The notes beneath the pieces were generated by a model. The model was not told where the DNA came from and searched no databases. It saw only the letters and a program-made list of their open reading frames with translations. DNA of 49,992 nucleotides from Limisphaerales bacterium. GTDB taxonomy: Bacteria > Verrucomicrobiota > Verrucomicrobiia > Limisphaerales > BOG-1460. Below are positions 1 through 9,220 of this stretch, in pieces. The position numbers and the translations under genes were made by a program. The DNA is taken from assembly GCA_003159675.1 (NCBI GenBank), contig PLQC01000040.1, forward strand, positions 34,087-84,078, given 5' to 3'. Numbering within the stretch: position 1 is the stretch's first letter; every line of letters starts with the position of its first letter.

Positions 1-363
1 GTCAGGTTCACCGTCTGCAGCCCGGCGTTCTCGTTGATCGTCAGGTTGGAAATCGCGTTCAACGTCGGGGGCTGGTTGACCGCGTTGACCGTCACCGTGA
101 ACGTCTGCGTGACAATGTTATTGCTCGCCCCGCCGTCATTGACCGTCACTGTGATGGTCGCCGAGCCGTTGGCATTCGCCACCGGCGTGAAAGTCAGCGT
201 GCCGTTCGTCCCCGGGCTTGTGTAATTGACGGTGGGATTGGGGATCAGCCCGGTGTTGCTTGAAACAGCCGTGACCGTCAGCGTCTGAACTTCGTTGCTG
301 GAGCCGGAGGTGATGCCCGTCAGGTTCACCGTCTGCAGCCCGGCGTTCTCGTTGATCGTCAGG
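1..363. repeat. Intragenic domain repeat, period 318 bp (106 aa)
   Basis: gtcaggttcaccgtctgcagcccggcgttctcgttgatcgtcagg is identical at 1-45 and 319-363. Confidence 0.85.
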
Positions 364-743
364 CCGGAGATCGTATTCAATGTCGGCGGCTGGTTTCCGG
401 TCCCGGTGCTCACCGGCACGGTATAAGAAACCTCGGCCGAATAATCGCTTTCCATGCCGAGGATGTTGTACGCGGTGACCGCGAAGTAGTATGTGGTGCC
501 TTCGACGAGGCCGGAGATCGTGGTGTTCGTCACGTCGCCCACGTCAACGATGTTGGTGTACGTGCGGCTGGCGACACCATAGTAAACCTTATAGCCCACA
601 ACGTTCGTGTCCGGGCTTGGGTCCCAGGCCAACGATACGCTTTGAGTCGCAAATGCATTGGGTTGGGCAAATATCAGACAACCTCCAAGAAGGAATCCAA
701 CAACCGCGCGCCGCACCATATCCCGTACAACAACTCTTTCCAT
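1..743 (-). CDS. Secreted FN3 + cadherin/Ig-like repeat surface protein (runs off the window start)
   Basis: Not in the ORF track. Manual translation from ATG 743 gives a signal-peptide-like N-terminus, an FN3 signature (VSLAWDPSPD...GYKVYYG...GLVEGTTYYFAVTAYN), then repeats starting NQPPTLN.IS.LTINENAGLQTVNLT. Confidence 0.85.
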   Translation of the reverse strand, partial: MERVVVRDMVRRAVVGFLLGGCLIFAQPNAFATQSVSLAWDPSPDTNVVGYKVYYGVASRTYTNIVDVGDVTNTTISGLVEGTTYYFAVTAYNILGMESDYSAEVSYTVPVSTGTGNQPPTLNTISGLTINENAGLQTVNLTGITSGSSNEVQTLTVTAVSSNTGLIPNPTVNYTSPGTNGTLTFTPVANANGSATITVTVNDGGASNNIVTQTFTVTVNAVNQPPTLNAISNLTINENAGLQTVNL

Positions 744-1256
744 CAGGGCGTGGAGCCACGCATAAGGGCTGCCAACGCCGCCGCGAGGACGAAACATCCG
801 GCAAAATGTCAGCCCTCCTTGTCGCGACAGGAGTTCTTATCGGGAAATATCGCCATCATTAACGTTGCCGATGAGAAGACCCCGCGATTGCTCTCCCGTC
901 GGCATGATGGAGAACTATTTTGTCGTCGGCCAAACGAGGATCTTCGATGAAACCTTTCAAGACAGCCGCTGCCCTTATGTCTTAAAAGGGAGCAAACAAA
1001 TCTGTTAGAATCTCTAATTCACAATATCAATTGAATGCGTCACTCTTCACAACGTGTCTCCACTTTGCAACCCGCCGGCCTGCTCATTGCATGATGGGAA
1101 TGGTGAGTTGAAAAAAACCGGGAATCACGAGTCATGCTCCCATTGCGGCGGCGTTCATGGAAGCGCCGACGTGGCGGAACCACTCGTGATGCGACGGAAG
1201 AGCGCCGATTCCCGCGACGCAGCGAGTCGCGGAAAAGCCGGCGCGGAAAAACTGCT

Positions 1257-1284
1257 TTGACAAATCGAGCCGGCTCTTTAGATT
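1257..1284 (+). promoter_or_regulatory. Sigma70-type promoter of tRNA-Ala
   Basis: TTGACA-N16-TAGATT followed by a GC-rich discriminator (gccgccgc), just upstream of the tRNA. Confidence 0.7.
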
Positions 1285-1300
1285 GCCGCCGCTCAGCGAT

Positions 1301-1376
1301 GGGGTCGTAGCTCAGTTGGTAGAGCACCACAATGGCATTGTGGGGGTCAGGGGTTCGAATCCCCTCGGCTCCACCA
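1301..1376 (+). tRNA. tRNA-Ala(GGC)
   Basis: Cloverleaf with acceptor GGGGTCG/CGGCTCC (G3:U70), anticodon stem ccaca/tgtgg with GGC, GTTCGAATC T-loop and encoded CCA. Confidence 0.97.
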
Positions 1377-1381
1377 TCCTT
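1332..1381 (+). repeat. attL core (3' part of tRNA-Ala)
   Basis: atggcattgtgggggtcaggggttcgaatcccctcggctccaccatcctt, identical to 9890-9939. Confidence 0.95.
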
Positions 1382-1508
1382 TTCACCCGCAAAAACACTG
1401 CATTTATTCAATGTTTGCAGGCTTTTCGTTGATATTGCCTCACTCTCCATGATGCCGACATGCTGCCAACGTGGTGTCAGTTGATACACACTTAAACTTG
1501 ACAGACAC

Positions 1509-1526
1509 GGGCACTATCGGGCACTA
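1509..1526 (+). promoter_or_regulatory. Putative integrase arm-type sites (GGGCACTA x2)
   Basis: gggcacta-tc-gggcacta; the same octamer pair recurs at 9821-9840 inside the other end. Confidence 0.65.
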
Positions 1527-1533
1527 TTGGGGT

Positions 1534-2685
1534 ATGAAAGTAAGGAAATTGGACCGCCGGGACAAAGGATACACCCGCGTTGAGTGGCTTCTGGACTACT
1601 ACGAAGGCCCGAAGCGCATCCGCAAGTGGTATAAATCCAAGGGCCAAGCTGAGGCCGCCGCCGAGGAATTGAAGCAGCAGCATCGGCACGCCGGCCAATC
1701 CTGGCTTGAACTATCACCCGAGGAACGCAACGGCCTGATGTTGCTCCACGCCGAGGCCAGCCGGGAGAACGTCACGTTGCGGCAGATATGGGAAGCATTC
1801 AAAAGCGGGAAGCTGGACGCGACACCAGTTCAACGGCGCACACTCCGGCAGGCCATTGACGAAACGATCACCGCCAAGACAAACGAGAATCTCCGCGAAC
1901 GATACGTTGCCGAGTTGGAGAACTACCTTGAGAAATTCTCAACGGGTCGCATGGAGATGTTCATTGACCGCCTGACCGTGGCGGATGTCGAGACGTGGTT
2001 TGACGGTCGCGGCGAGGCATTGAGCACCCGCAAATCCAACCTCGGCAGGCTTTCATCCATGTTCGATGTCTGCTGGCGACGCGGCTACCTGAAAGAAAAT
2101 CCGATTCTCAAAATCACTCCACCGAAACCGGAGGACAAACCGCCGACGATCCTGACGGTGGACCAAGCGGTCAAGCTGCTGAACGCCTGCCGAAAGTATC
2201 CGCGCATGGTCCCGTGGCTATCGTTGGGAATGTTCTGCGGTATCAGGCCAGAGGAAATCGAAAAGCTGACATGGGGTGACGTGGACGCAAAAAACAGGCA
2301 CGTAAAGATCGAGGCCGCCGCAAGCAAGGTCCGCCGCCGCCGAATTGTGCCCTTGAATGATACGGCACTCGCCTGGCTCAAGATCGGCAGGACCGGGAAA
2401 CCCTCGGCCATGATCGCGCCGAACCGTACCACGCTCCGCAGGCACCGCAGGGCGATGAGTGAAGCCGCAGGCATCGAATGGACGCAAGACATCCTGAGAC
2501 ACACCGCCGCTTCCTACTTGCTCCAACGTCACGAGGATGCAACCAAAGTTGCTCACTGGCTGGGGCACTCACCGCGCACCCTCGAAACGAAATACAAAAA
2601 CATCGTGACGCCGGCGGAATGCAAAAAGTTTTGGGCGTTGACCCCGGACAAAGTGAAAACGGAGATGAACAATGAAGCCCAATAA
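1534..2685 (+). CDS. int: Tyrosine recombinase / phage integrase
   Basis: Catalytic motifs GIRPEE, ASKVRRRR, DILRHT, HWLGHS and TKY; adjacent to attL. ATG 1534 preferred over GTG 1471. Confidence 0.93.
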   Translation: MKVRKLDRRDKGYTRVEWLLDYYEGPKRIRKWYKSKGQAEAAAEELKQQHRHAGQSWLELSPEERNGLMLLHAEASRENVTLRQIWEAFKSGKLDATPVQRRTLRQAIDETITAKTNENLRERYVAELENYLEKFSTGRMEMFIDRLTVADVETWFDGRGEALSTRKSNLGRLSSMFDVCWRRGYLKENPILKITPPKPEDKPPTILTVDQAVKLLNACRKYPRMVPWLSLGMFCGIRPEEIEKLTWGDVDAKNRHVKIEAAASKVRRRRIVPLNDTALAWLKIGRTGKPSAMIAPNRTTLRRHRRAMSEAAGIEWTQDILRHTAASYLLQRHEDATKVAHWLGHSPRTLETKYKNIVTPAECKKFWALTPDKVKTEMNNEAQ

Positions 2686-3370
2686 TCGAAACACGCTGAA
2701 TAAAAAGATTGCGGCGGCAAAAACGATCGGCGAAAAGTGGTTGATTGCATTAAATGGGGGCGAGCCGCCAACCGAGATTCAGTTTCTAGCAAGGCAAGCG
2801 ACCGCGCTTCGGAAATCGTTGAACAACCCGAACCAACCTGCCACACATGGGCCGGGGTTTCACACAACCTGCGAGCAATTAAATCAACGATTCACGAGAC
2901 TTCTTTTCCCCGCGTTACTGGAAGATAACCCTGCGCCGTTTGCGGAGCTACTCGAAGCAATGGCAAAATCGCGCCGCTCTGAATGCCGCGACTTGAACGA
3001 ATTCATTTCCAGAATGGAAGAGTACTCGAAGCAGCCTGTGAGTAAAAAGGAGTCGGGGCGAAGGCTCCGGCTCGCATTGCTGGGTCTTTGGCCGGACCAA
3101 CTTCTTTCGATGGGCTCTGTGATTAAAAGCCTCAGTGAACGGGGATTGTATAAGTTGGACGAAAGACACGTGCGCCGCACCATGCGGGAAATCGACGTGC
3201 ATCTACTGAGGCCGGGGGAATGCTTCATATACCGCAAGAATGGCAGGACTGTCCGCACCTTGAGAGTAAGCAAAAGCGGAAAGCCCATCGCCACGGGAAA
3301 GAGTTGGGAGGAATTGAGAGCCGAACCCGCTTTTACCTCCTGGGCCCAGCGACCTAAGGCGGACAAATAA
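2672..3370 (+). CDS. Hypothetical protein
   Basis: 232-aa ORF overlapping the int stop; no family recognised. Confidence 0.7.
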   Translation: MKPNNRNTLNKKIAAAKTIGEKWLIALNGGEPPTEIQFLARQATALRKSLNNPNQPATHGPGFHTTCEQLNQRFTRLLFPALLEDNPAPFAELLEAMAKSRRSECRDLNEFISRMEEYSKQPVSKKESGRRLRLALLGLWPDQLLSMGSVIKSLSERGLYKLDERHVRRTMREIDVHLLRPGECFIYRKNGRTVRTLRVSKSGKPIATGKSWEELRAEPAFTSWAQRPKADK

Positions 3371-3430
3371 GCCCCCAAGTTTTTCTTGTCGTCCATTACG
3401 TGCCGCACCAACTGCGCCTAATGTGGGCGC

Positions 3431-3628
3431 ATGTTAGATCGAAAACGCAGCAAATCGCCACCGACCAAGTTTGACTTGGACGCGGTCCTCACCCCGCCGG
3501 AAGCGGCGCAATTTCTTCGGATAACCACGCGAACACTCTTGAAAAATGTTCGCCTCGGGAAAGTGGCGTGCATTCGCGTGAATGACCGCGTGCTCCGGTT
3601 CCACGCACGGTCACTGATTGGGGCATAA
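3431..3628 (+). CDS. Excisionase/AlpA-like helix-turn-helix protein
   Basis: LTPPEAAQFLRITTRTLLKNVRLGKVACIRVNDRVLRF is a typical HTH_17 pattern. Confidence 0.85.
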   Translation: MLDRKRSKSPPTKFDLDAVLTPPEAAQFLRITTRTLLKNVRLGKVACIRVNDRVLRFHARSLIGA

Positions 3629-3682
3629 ACAATTTCGCCGCGGTCCTGGACGGAATCACGCGGCGAAGAAACTAACGATTTG

Positions 3683-4345
3683 ATGAACACTAGCATTGAA
3701 ATCCGGCAAACGTCAACCACTCTTACGCCGTCCGAATCCTCGGACCTGGCCCGGAATGAATCCACCATTGAGCACGGGCTCAAAAACTTTATTGAAGTAG
3801 GTTCCGCCCTACTGGACATCAACGACCGGAAACTTTACCGGCAGACCCATCCCACGTTCAAGGACTACGTCGAGGAGAAATGGAAGATGTCGGTGCGGCG
3901 GGCATATCAGCTATGTGAAACCGCCGAGACTTTGAAGGCGCTTCCGCCGAGTGTGCAAAATTTTGCACAAACGGAATCCCATGTTGCCGAGCTGTCCAGA
4001 ATCCCACCTGAAAAGCGGGTTGAGGTTTTGAACAGGGTTGAGACAAAAGCGAAGGCCACCAGGAAGAAGGCGACCGCGAAGGACATTCGTGAGGCCGCCG
4101 CCACCAATACATCAGAGACATCAGAGTTGGTTGATCGGCCAAAGTTTCGCGCCGCCACCAAGAGCAAGCGCAACGCTGGAAGATGGTGGTGGACGAAATC
4201 GACGACGCCTGAGAATCGTGGTCAGTTTCTTCTGAATTGGATTTTTTGTTCAGACAATCCCGTTGTAGTTCCGAGCAAAGCCGAGTTGCGGCAGAGAATC
4301 GACAGATGGATGGACGATGCGGTCAAGGAGGCCAAGACCCTATGA
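3683..4345 (+). CDS. Phage-type hypothetical protein (DUF3102-like N-terminus)
   Basis: IEHGLKNFIEVGSALLDINDRKLYRQTHPTFKDYVEEKWKMS resembles a common phage protein motif; family assignment tentative. Confidence 0.7.
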   Translation: MNTSIEIRQTSTTLTPSESSDLARNESTIEHGLKNFIEVGSALLDINDRKLYRQTHPTFKDYVEEKWKMSVRRAYQLCETAETLKALPPSVQNFAQTESHVAELSRIPPEKRVEVLNRVETKAKATRKKATAKDIREAAATNTSETSELVDRPKFRAATKSKRNAGRWWWTKSTTPENRGQFLLNWIFCSDNPVVVPSKAELRQRIDRWMDDAVKEAKTL

Positions 4346-5145
4346 TCATCCAACCGGATTTTTTGGAACACTGGAAAACGCGCGCGCTAGTCGAATTGAC
4401 CGGCGACGAAGCGGCACCCCTGGCCGTGATTCGGTTATGGGCACATTGTCAGAGCTCAAGGCGTGGATTTTTCCCGGACATGACGCCAGCGCAACTCGCG
4501 TCGATCTGCCGGTGGCGTTGCAAACGAATTTCCTGCCACACGGCGTTGATCCGGGCCGGATTTGTCGAGAAACTTTCCCCGAAAGGCTTCATGGCCCATG
4601 AGTGGGCAGAGCATAACCGCCAACTTTTGCAAAAATGGGAAGCGGGGAAAAGTGGAGGCCGACCAAAAATATGCGCGGATACTCAAGAACAAACGGATTC
4701 TGAGAAACCGACCGATAACCGACCGATAACCGTCCGGGAACTAGAACAGAACAGAACAGAACAGATAGACCAGAGAGATAAGAACAGAACTGATGAACCA
4801 GAACTGACCGGACCAGAGCCGAAGGATGGAAACGGCGGTTCGGGTTCAAGTTCTCCTTTTTCAGCAATTGAGGTTTGTTCTGGTTCTGGTTCGGTTCTCG
4901 AGGCCGTTTCGGATATCGCAAGCGGGATGACTGCTGGTTCATATCCCGATGGCGGTCGTCCTACGGTAGAGCAGGTCCGCGCCTTTATGGACGGCCTTTT
5001 TCGTGGTGCGGGTGAGTTTGCCGAGAAATGGCACGCGACGATGACACGCCAGCAGTGGAAGGACCAGCGTGGGAAGCCTGTTCACAAATGGCGAGACCTG
5101 GCGTCGCGATGGGCCAGCGCATGTGAACGGAAGAAGCGGGGATGA
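4342..5145 (+). CDS. Phage replication initiator / replisome-organiser-like protein
   Basis: AAGGAGG RBS and ATGA overlap at 4342. wHTH-like N-terminus ending GKSGGRPK, a repeat-containing linker and a C-terminal PTVEQV...W...GKPVHKWR motif. Confidence 0.7.
   Translation: MIIQPDFLEHWKTRALVELTGDEAAPLAVIRLWAHCQSSRRGFFPDMTPAQLASICRWRCKRISCHTALIRAGFVEKLSPKGFMAHEWAEHNRQLLQKWEAGKSGGRPKICADTQEQTDSEKPTDNRPITVRELEQNRTEQIDQRDKNRTDEPELTGPEPKDGNGGSGSSSPFSAIEVCSGSGSVLEAVSDIASGMTAGSYPDGGRPTVEQVRAFMDGLFRGAGEFAEKWHATMTRQQWKDQRGKPVHKWRDLASRWASACERKKRG
4706..4765 (+). repeat. Iteron-like repeats inside the replication gene
   Basis: AACCGACCGAT x2 plus a partial third copy (4706-4736), then AGAAC x4. Confidence 0.65.
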
Positions 5146-5149
5146 AGAC

Positions 5150-5368
5150 ATGAGCGACCGCGAGCCAACACCAGCGCCACCAGCGCCGACAGCCGATGTT
5201 CCAGTGTCCACCGTCACGATTACGTTGAGGCCGGAGCCGGGTAACTGGTCGTCCCCACCGGTTGCACGATTAAAGCGGCTCCTAAAAGCGATCAAGCGCG
5301 GATATGGCTGGACCTGCGTGAATATCCACACCAAACAACCAAACCCAAACGAAAGAAACGAACCATGA
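5150..5368 (+). CDS. Small phage-type hypothetical protein
   Basis: 72 aa, ITLRPEPG...RLKRLLKAIKRGYGWTCV; directly follows the rep gene. Confidence 0.65.
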   Translation: MSDREPTPAPPAPTADVPVSTVTITLRPEPGNWSSPPVARLKRLLKAIKRGYGWTCVNIHTKQPNPNERNEP

Positions 5369-5541
5369 ATGCCGAAGAAACGACTTTCCGCAAAGCGGCT
5401 TGGCAAACGACTGTCCGCGCTTTGGCCGCATCTACAGAGCACGCTGGCACTTGCGTGGAAGGAACCCGACCGCAACGGGGTTTTACTGTTCACACTCAGA
5501 ACCAGCGATGCGGGCTTTGCGGGGTTTCAAACAGCCTTTGA
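5365..5541 (+). CDS. Small hypothetical protein (58 aa, CxxC near C-terminus)
   Basis: ATGA overlap with the previous ORF; MNAEETTFRK...QRCGLCGVSNSL; below the ORF-track cutoff. Confidence 0.4.
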   Translation: MNAEETTFRKAAWQTTVRALAASTEHAGTCVEGTRPQRGFTVHTQNQRCGLCGVSNSL

Positions 5542-5578
5542 AAGATAACATAACATGCTTATATGCAAATAGATACGC

Positions 5579-5640
5579 GGGTCCTCTCGGCACCTTTTGC
5601 CGATCGGGTGGACCATGCCGAACTCAGCTCGTAGTGATAA
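5579..5640 (+). other. Putative cos packaging region (lambda cosQ-like GGGTCCT)
   Basis: GGGTCCT at 5579-5585 in the intergenic region ~60 bp upstream of the Nu1-like gene, the position cos occupies in lambdoid phages. Confidence 0.5.
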
Positions 5641-5647
5641 AAAAATT

Positions 5648-6121
5648 ATGAAATCTCCCCATAAAACAGCATTGGAATCGAAGGAACAGCACGCCGGCAT
5701 TCGCTGGACAGTGAACGCCGCGGCATCCGAATTTTCGCATGATCGGCGCACTATTCGCCGCCGACTTTCAGCTGCCGGTGAGCAAGCCGGGCCGGACGGA
5801 AAGTTCTCAACACAGCAAATATGTCGCGCAGTGTTCAACAATCTGGAACTGGAGCGCACGCGGTTGACCCGGGCGCAGGCCGACATTGCGGAAGTCCAGT
5901 GTGACGAGCTCTTGCGCAATTGGCTTCCGCGTGACGGGGTAATCAAAGTGTGGAACGGCACGCTTGAAATAATGCGCGGCATCATTTCGAGCCGCAGCGA
6001 CATACCGGAACATCTCAAAGCTGACTTGCTGCGCGACCTGCAACCGCCGGACGAGAGAGAATACCTCGCCGACGCGCCTTTTACAGAGCAAGAGGGTCCA
6101 CTTTCGAGCCCAGAGGAATAA
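5648..6121 (+). CDS. Terminase small subunit, lambda Nu1-like
   Basis: N-terminal HTH (AAASEFSHDRRTIRRRL) plus ERTRLTRAQADIAE, closely resembling the Nu1 segment ERHRLTRAQADAQE. Confidence 0.75.
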   Translation: MKSPHKTALESKEQHAGIRWTVNAAASEFSHDRRTIRRRLSAAGEQAGPDGKFSTQQICRAVFNNLELERTRLTRAQADIAEVQCDELLRNWLPRDGVIKVWNGTLEIMRGIISSRSDIPEHLKADLLRDLQPPDEREYLADAPFTEQEGPLSSPEE

Positions 6122-6124
6122 CCG

Positions 6125-6259
6125 ATGAAAAACTACCAGCGCAAGCGAGGCCGTCCACCGATGACAAGGGACGCCCGGACGATTGCCCAGCTCAAAAAGC
6201 TCATGCGCGGCTTGCTCGAGTACCACTTGGGGCGCCGGCGCACCTGGATAAAACGATGA
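6125..6259 (+). CDS. Small basic protein (44 aa, KRGRP motif)
   Basis: Fills the gap between TerS and the HTH gene, with an ATGA overlap at 6256. Confidence 0.5.
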   Translation: MKNYQRKRGRPPMTRDARTIAQLKKLMRGLLEYHLGRRRTWIKR

Positions 6260-6540
6260 CTATGGAGCACCAGGAAATTGCCCGCGTCTGGCGCGAGGAG
6301 TGTACGCCCATGGCTCGCGCCGTCGGAGTTTTGGTAAGGGATGATCGGCTCGACAAAGAGATTGCGGAAATGCTCAAACTCTCACCGGAGGGCGTGCGGT
6401 ATCACATGCGGGCTTTGAGAAAAAAGTTTGCCTGCCGGTCGCGCGTGGGAGTCGCAGTTGCGGTTGAGAAAGTCGCGCACACGCTACCAAAAACGGCATC
6501 TATGAAGTCTGCCCAAACGGTGGAAAACTTTAAGCCATGA
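6256..6540 (+). CDS. LuxR-type helix-turn-helix regulator
   Basis: DKEIAEMLKLSPEGVRYHMRALRKKFACRSR. Confidence 0.82.
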   Translation: MTMEHQEIARVWREECTPMARAVGVLVRDDRLDKEIAEMLKLSPEGVRYHMRALRKKFACRSRVGVAVAVEKVAHTLPKTASMKSAQTVENFKP

Positions 6541-7628
6541 ATTCAAATTCTGAAAGTTCTGTAATCACTCGCGACGAGCAAAAAAAGTACAGTTTGGCCC
6601 GCTACATTCGCGGCATGTTGCCGGGCAGTTATGAATCCGCCACCCTCGAAAATGAGATTGGACAGCGAATGTCCGGGCGTGGCGACGGGGTGAAGCTGTC
6701 GCGCCCCGTTCCGATGGAGATTGTTTCTCCGGCACTTGCAACGCGCGACCTTTCTGTGGGAAATTTTGGATCTGGCGGGGCACTGGTTGAGACGTCAGTC
6801 TCAGATGAGATCGTACCATTGCTGCGAAATGTCCCGCTCTGTCGCCGGCTAGGCGCGCGAATTTTAACTGGCCTCTCTAGCAACGTCTCATTGCCCAGAC
6901 AGACCAGCCCGTCCACCGCTTCAAACATGCCGGAGACTGGGACTGTTCAGACGTCAACCCCTTCGGTTGACCAGCTCATTTTAACTCCCCATCGCGTTTC
7001 CGTATCAGTGGTTTTCAGCCGGCAATTAATTCTTCAAAGTTCAGCGGACGTAGAGGCTTTCATCCGAGACGATATAAGCCGTCAAATTAACCTAGCTATT
7101 GACAGCGCAGTTATCTCCGGCGCGGGCGCGGCGGACCAGCCTTTGGGAATTTTGAACACGCCTGGGGTTGGCAGTGTGTTGTTCGCCGGGACGGCCACAT
7201 GGTCAAGCATCGTGGCATTTGAGACTCAGCTCGCTTCTCAAAATGTTTCCGACGATGGCTCAATTGGGTATCTGATGACGCCCACCGTGAAAGGTCGCCT
7301 CAAAACGGTTGCAAAAACTGGCGTGGGGGTTACCAGCGTGGTTCCCATCTTCCTCGTGGGGGAAACGGATAATGGACAAGGCATCTTTTCCGTAAATGGA
7401 TATCGGGCAGGGAGCACGAACCAAGTGCCTGCGAACCTAGTTCTCTGCGGAAAATGGAGTGACGTTGTGATTGGCTTCTTCGGCCAAAATAATGGAATCG
7501 ATTTGATCCTGAATCCATACTCACTTGATATTTCTGCACAGGTGCGCCTGACCTGCCATGTTTTTTTTGACGTGGCCATTTTGCATCCGCAGTCGTTTGT
7601 GGTATCGGCGGACTCCGGGGCACAATGA
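6537..7628 (+). CDS. Phage major capsid protein, HK97 fold
   Basis: GGALVET, FSRQLILQSSADVEAFIRDDI...IDSAVISG.G...QPLGILN and DVAILHPQSF motifs. Confidence 0.92.
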   Translation: MNSNSESSVITRDEQKKYSLARYIRGMLPGSYESATLENEIGQRMSGRGDGVKLSRPVPMEIVSPALATRDLSVGNFGSGGALVETSVSDEIVPLLRNVPLCRRLGARILTGLSSNVSLPRQTSPSTASNMPETGTVQTSTPSVDQLILTPHRVSVSVVFSRQLILQSSADVEAFIRDDISRQINLAIDSAVISGAGAADQPLGILNTPGVGSVLFAGTATWSSIVAFETQLASQNVSDDGSIGYLMTPTVKGRLKTVAKTGVGVTSVVPIFLVGETDNGQGIFSVNGYRAGSTNQVPANLVLCGKWSDVVIGFFGQNNGIDLILNPYSLDISAQVRLTCHVFFDVAILHPQSFVVSADSGAQ

Positions 7629-7646
7629 TTCAACCAATAACTGAGT

Positions 7647-7865
7647 ATGCCAAGCTACTGTGAACGAGTAACCGACCGCGCGACGTTGAGAATGCTCCGC
7701 TCCGGCGCGCGACCGCGAAAGCGCGGGCTCCGTGACCCGTTTTGGAAATCAGGGGACGTGAACACTCAAAAAATCATGGGTAAGTTGCACATTGCATTTG
7801 CCAAGGTGAATTTGGGAAACCCTCATGCTGTGCCCGTGAGCGTCAGCCAACCGCCTTTTCAATGA
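7647..7865 (+). CDS. Hypothetical protein
   Basis: 72 aa, first of a chain of ATGA-coupled ORFs. Confidence 0.5.
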   Translation: MPSYCERVTDRATLRMLRSGARPRKRGLRDPFWKSGDVNTQKIMGKLHIAFAKVNLGNPHAVPVSVSQPPFQ

Positions 7866-8113
7866 GTGAAAACGCAGCAGCGGAAGCGACCGAGGCCGAG
7901 CTTTTGGCCGCGTGGTTCATCGAGCGCGCGCAGCATTTCGACCCGGCGATGCTGGGGGGTATGCAACGGAATGCGGCGGGTTGCCCATTCGCTGTAGAGC
8001 ACGGCGACAACCACGAGTTTGTGACGATGCAGCGTGATGTATTTTTGAAGCTGGTGAAATCAGCCAGCCAACCGCAGATGCCACCCGATAACCATTTCAC
8101 ACGCGAACCATGA
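7862..8113 (+). CDS. Hypothetical protein
   Basis: 83 aa, ATGA overlaps on both sides. Confidence 0.6.
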   Translation: MSENAAAEATEAELLAAWFIERAQHFDPAMLGGMQRNAAGCPFAVEHGDNHEFVTMQRDVFLKLVKSASQPQMPPDNHFTREP

Positions 8114-8412
8114 ATCACCACCCCGCGCAAAAACATTTGGCCGCAGCCTGCGCTTTCGTTGGTGTCCTCAACGAGCACGCAGAATTGCGCGGTAGAATTG
8201 ACCGGACGCGCGCGGCACTGTCCGAGGCGAGCGCATTGCTTGACGGCGACCAATGGCAGCAACACCTGGCCTTGGGGCACGTGAACCGAGTCAGCGACAA
8301 CTTGAAGAAGTTGGAACATATCGTGTCAATCATCGAGGACAATCTCTGTGCAGGACTCACGGAAATTCGACAGTCCCGCGATTTGCAGTCGGAAACTTGG
8401 GGAGAGGCTTAG
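8110..8412 (+). CDS. Hypothetical coiled-coil protein
   Basis: 100 aa, helical pattern, ATGA overlap. Confidence 0.6.
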   Translation: MNHHPAQKHLAAACAFVGVLNEHAELRGRIDRTRAALSEASALLDGDQWQQHLALGHVNRVSDNLKKLEHIVSIIEDNLCAGLTEIRQSRDLQSETWGEA

Positions 8413-8571
8413 TTTGTTGTTGCAGGCGCGTTATGCTGCGCGCGTCTGCAACCTCACCCTGCCGGGTTCTTTCAAGTTTCCGGCGGGGTTGAATTTAGAT
8501 TTGGCGTCCTTCGTTTCATAGGGACGGGGGACGGGCTGGTTACCCATGCGCGCTAACGGTCGCGTGTGCCG

Positions 8572-8618
8572 AAAAAGACCCGCTCCGGCTCGTTTGCACC
8601 GGGGCGGGGTTCTTTTTT
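8572..8618. terminator. Bidirectional intrinsic terminator
   Basis: aaaaagacccgctccgg...ccggggcggggttctttttt between convergent gene blocks. Confidence 0.65.
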
Positions 8619-8647
8619 CACGGCAGCGCAACTATCACTGCCGATCC

Positions 8648-9016
8648 TTAGACCCTTTCGGCGATGTTCAGAGCGGCGGCGACATCCTCAGCGAGCCCTG
8701 GCGCATCTTTCTCAATAAGCGTCATTACATCATCGAGGGTATCACAGACATCCGCCGTGAACTGGTCGCTCTCCCCCTGCCAGCAGGTAATGCGACCGAT
8801 GCCGACCACGAATATTGCCTTATCGGTTTCATAGATGCTGGCCTTGACCCAGCGTGTTGTGTCGTGTGTCTTTGTTGACCCGGTGAACAGTTCAGACCCC
8901 ATGAATGCGATGGGACGTTTTTCTGTGCGGGTTAATTTCTGCTCCGTGTAGGTTTTCTCTGTGCTCATTTTTATGGTTGCCGGTTTACGATCGGCGACGG
9001 CGCTCTTGGACTTCAA
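8648..9016 (-). CDS. Hypothetical protein (satellite accessory)
   Basis: 122-aa ORF with globular composition, followed by the terminator; start uncertain. Confidence 0.65.
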   Translation of the reverse strand: MKSKSAVADRKPATIKMSTEKTYTEQKLTRTEKRPIAFMGSELFTGSTKTHDTTRWVKASIYETDKAIFVVGIGRITCWQGESDQFTADVCDTLDDVMTLIEKDAPGLAEDVAAALNIAERV

Positions 9017-9220
9017 TGTCCGGTTGCCACTTCGCGCCTTGTGGCTGAGATGACGCTAATCAATCGTTGGGATCGCCTGCAAGCTGATTCACCCCCATGT
9101 AAGGACAAGGGACGGCTCAAACAAACCCAATGGCGGGCAAGCCAGAGGGCATGAATCACAGCCGACCATGGCAAAAGCCGGGGAACAGCCGAACCGGATC
9201 GGGCCATGGTCCGGGCCGCT

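Noticed and set aside
1040-1489. 149-aa minus-strand ORF (and 9423-10121)
   Set aside because: Both run antisense across the tRNA or att sequences and have no recognisable protein features.
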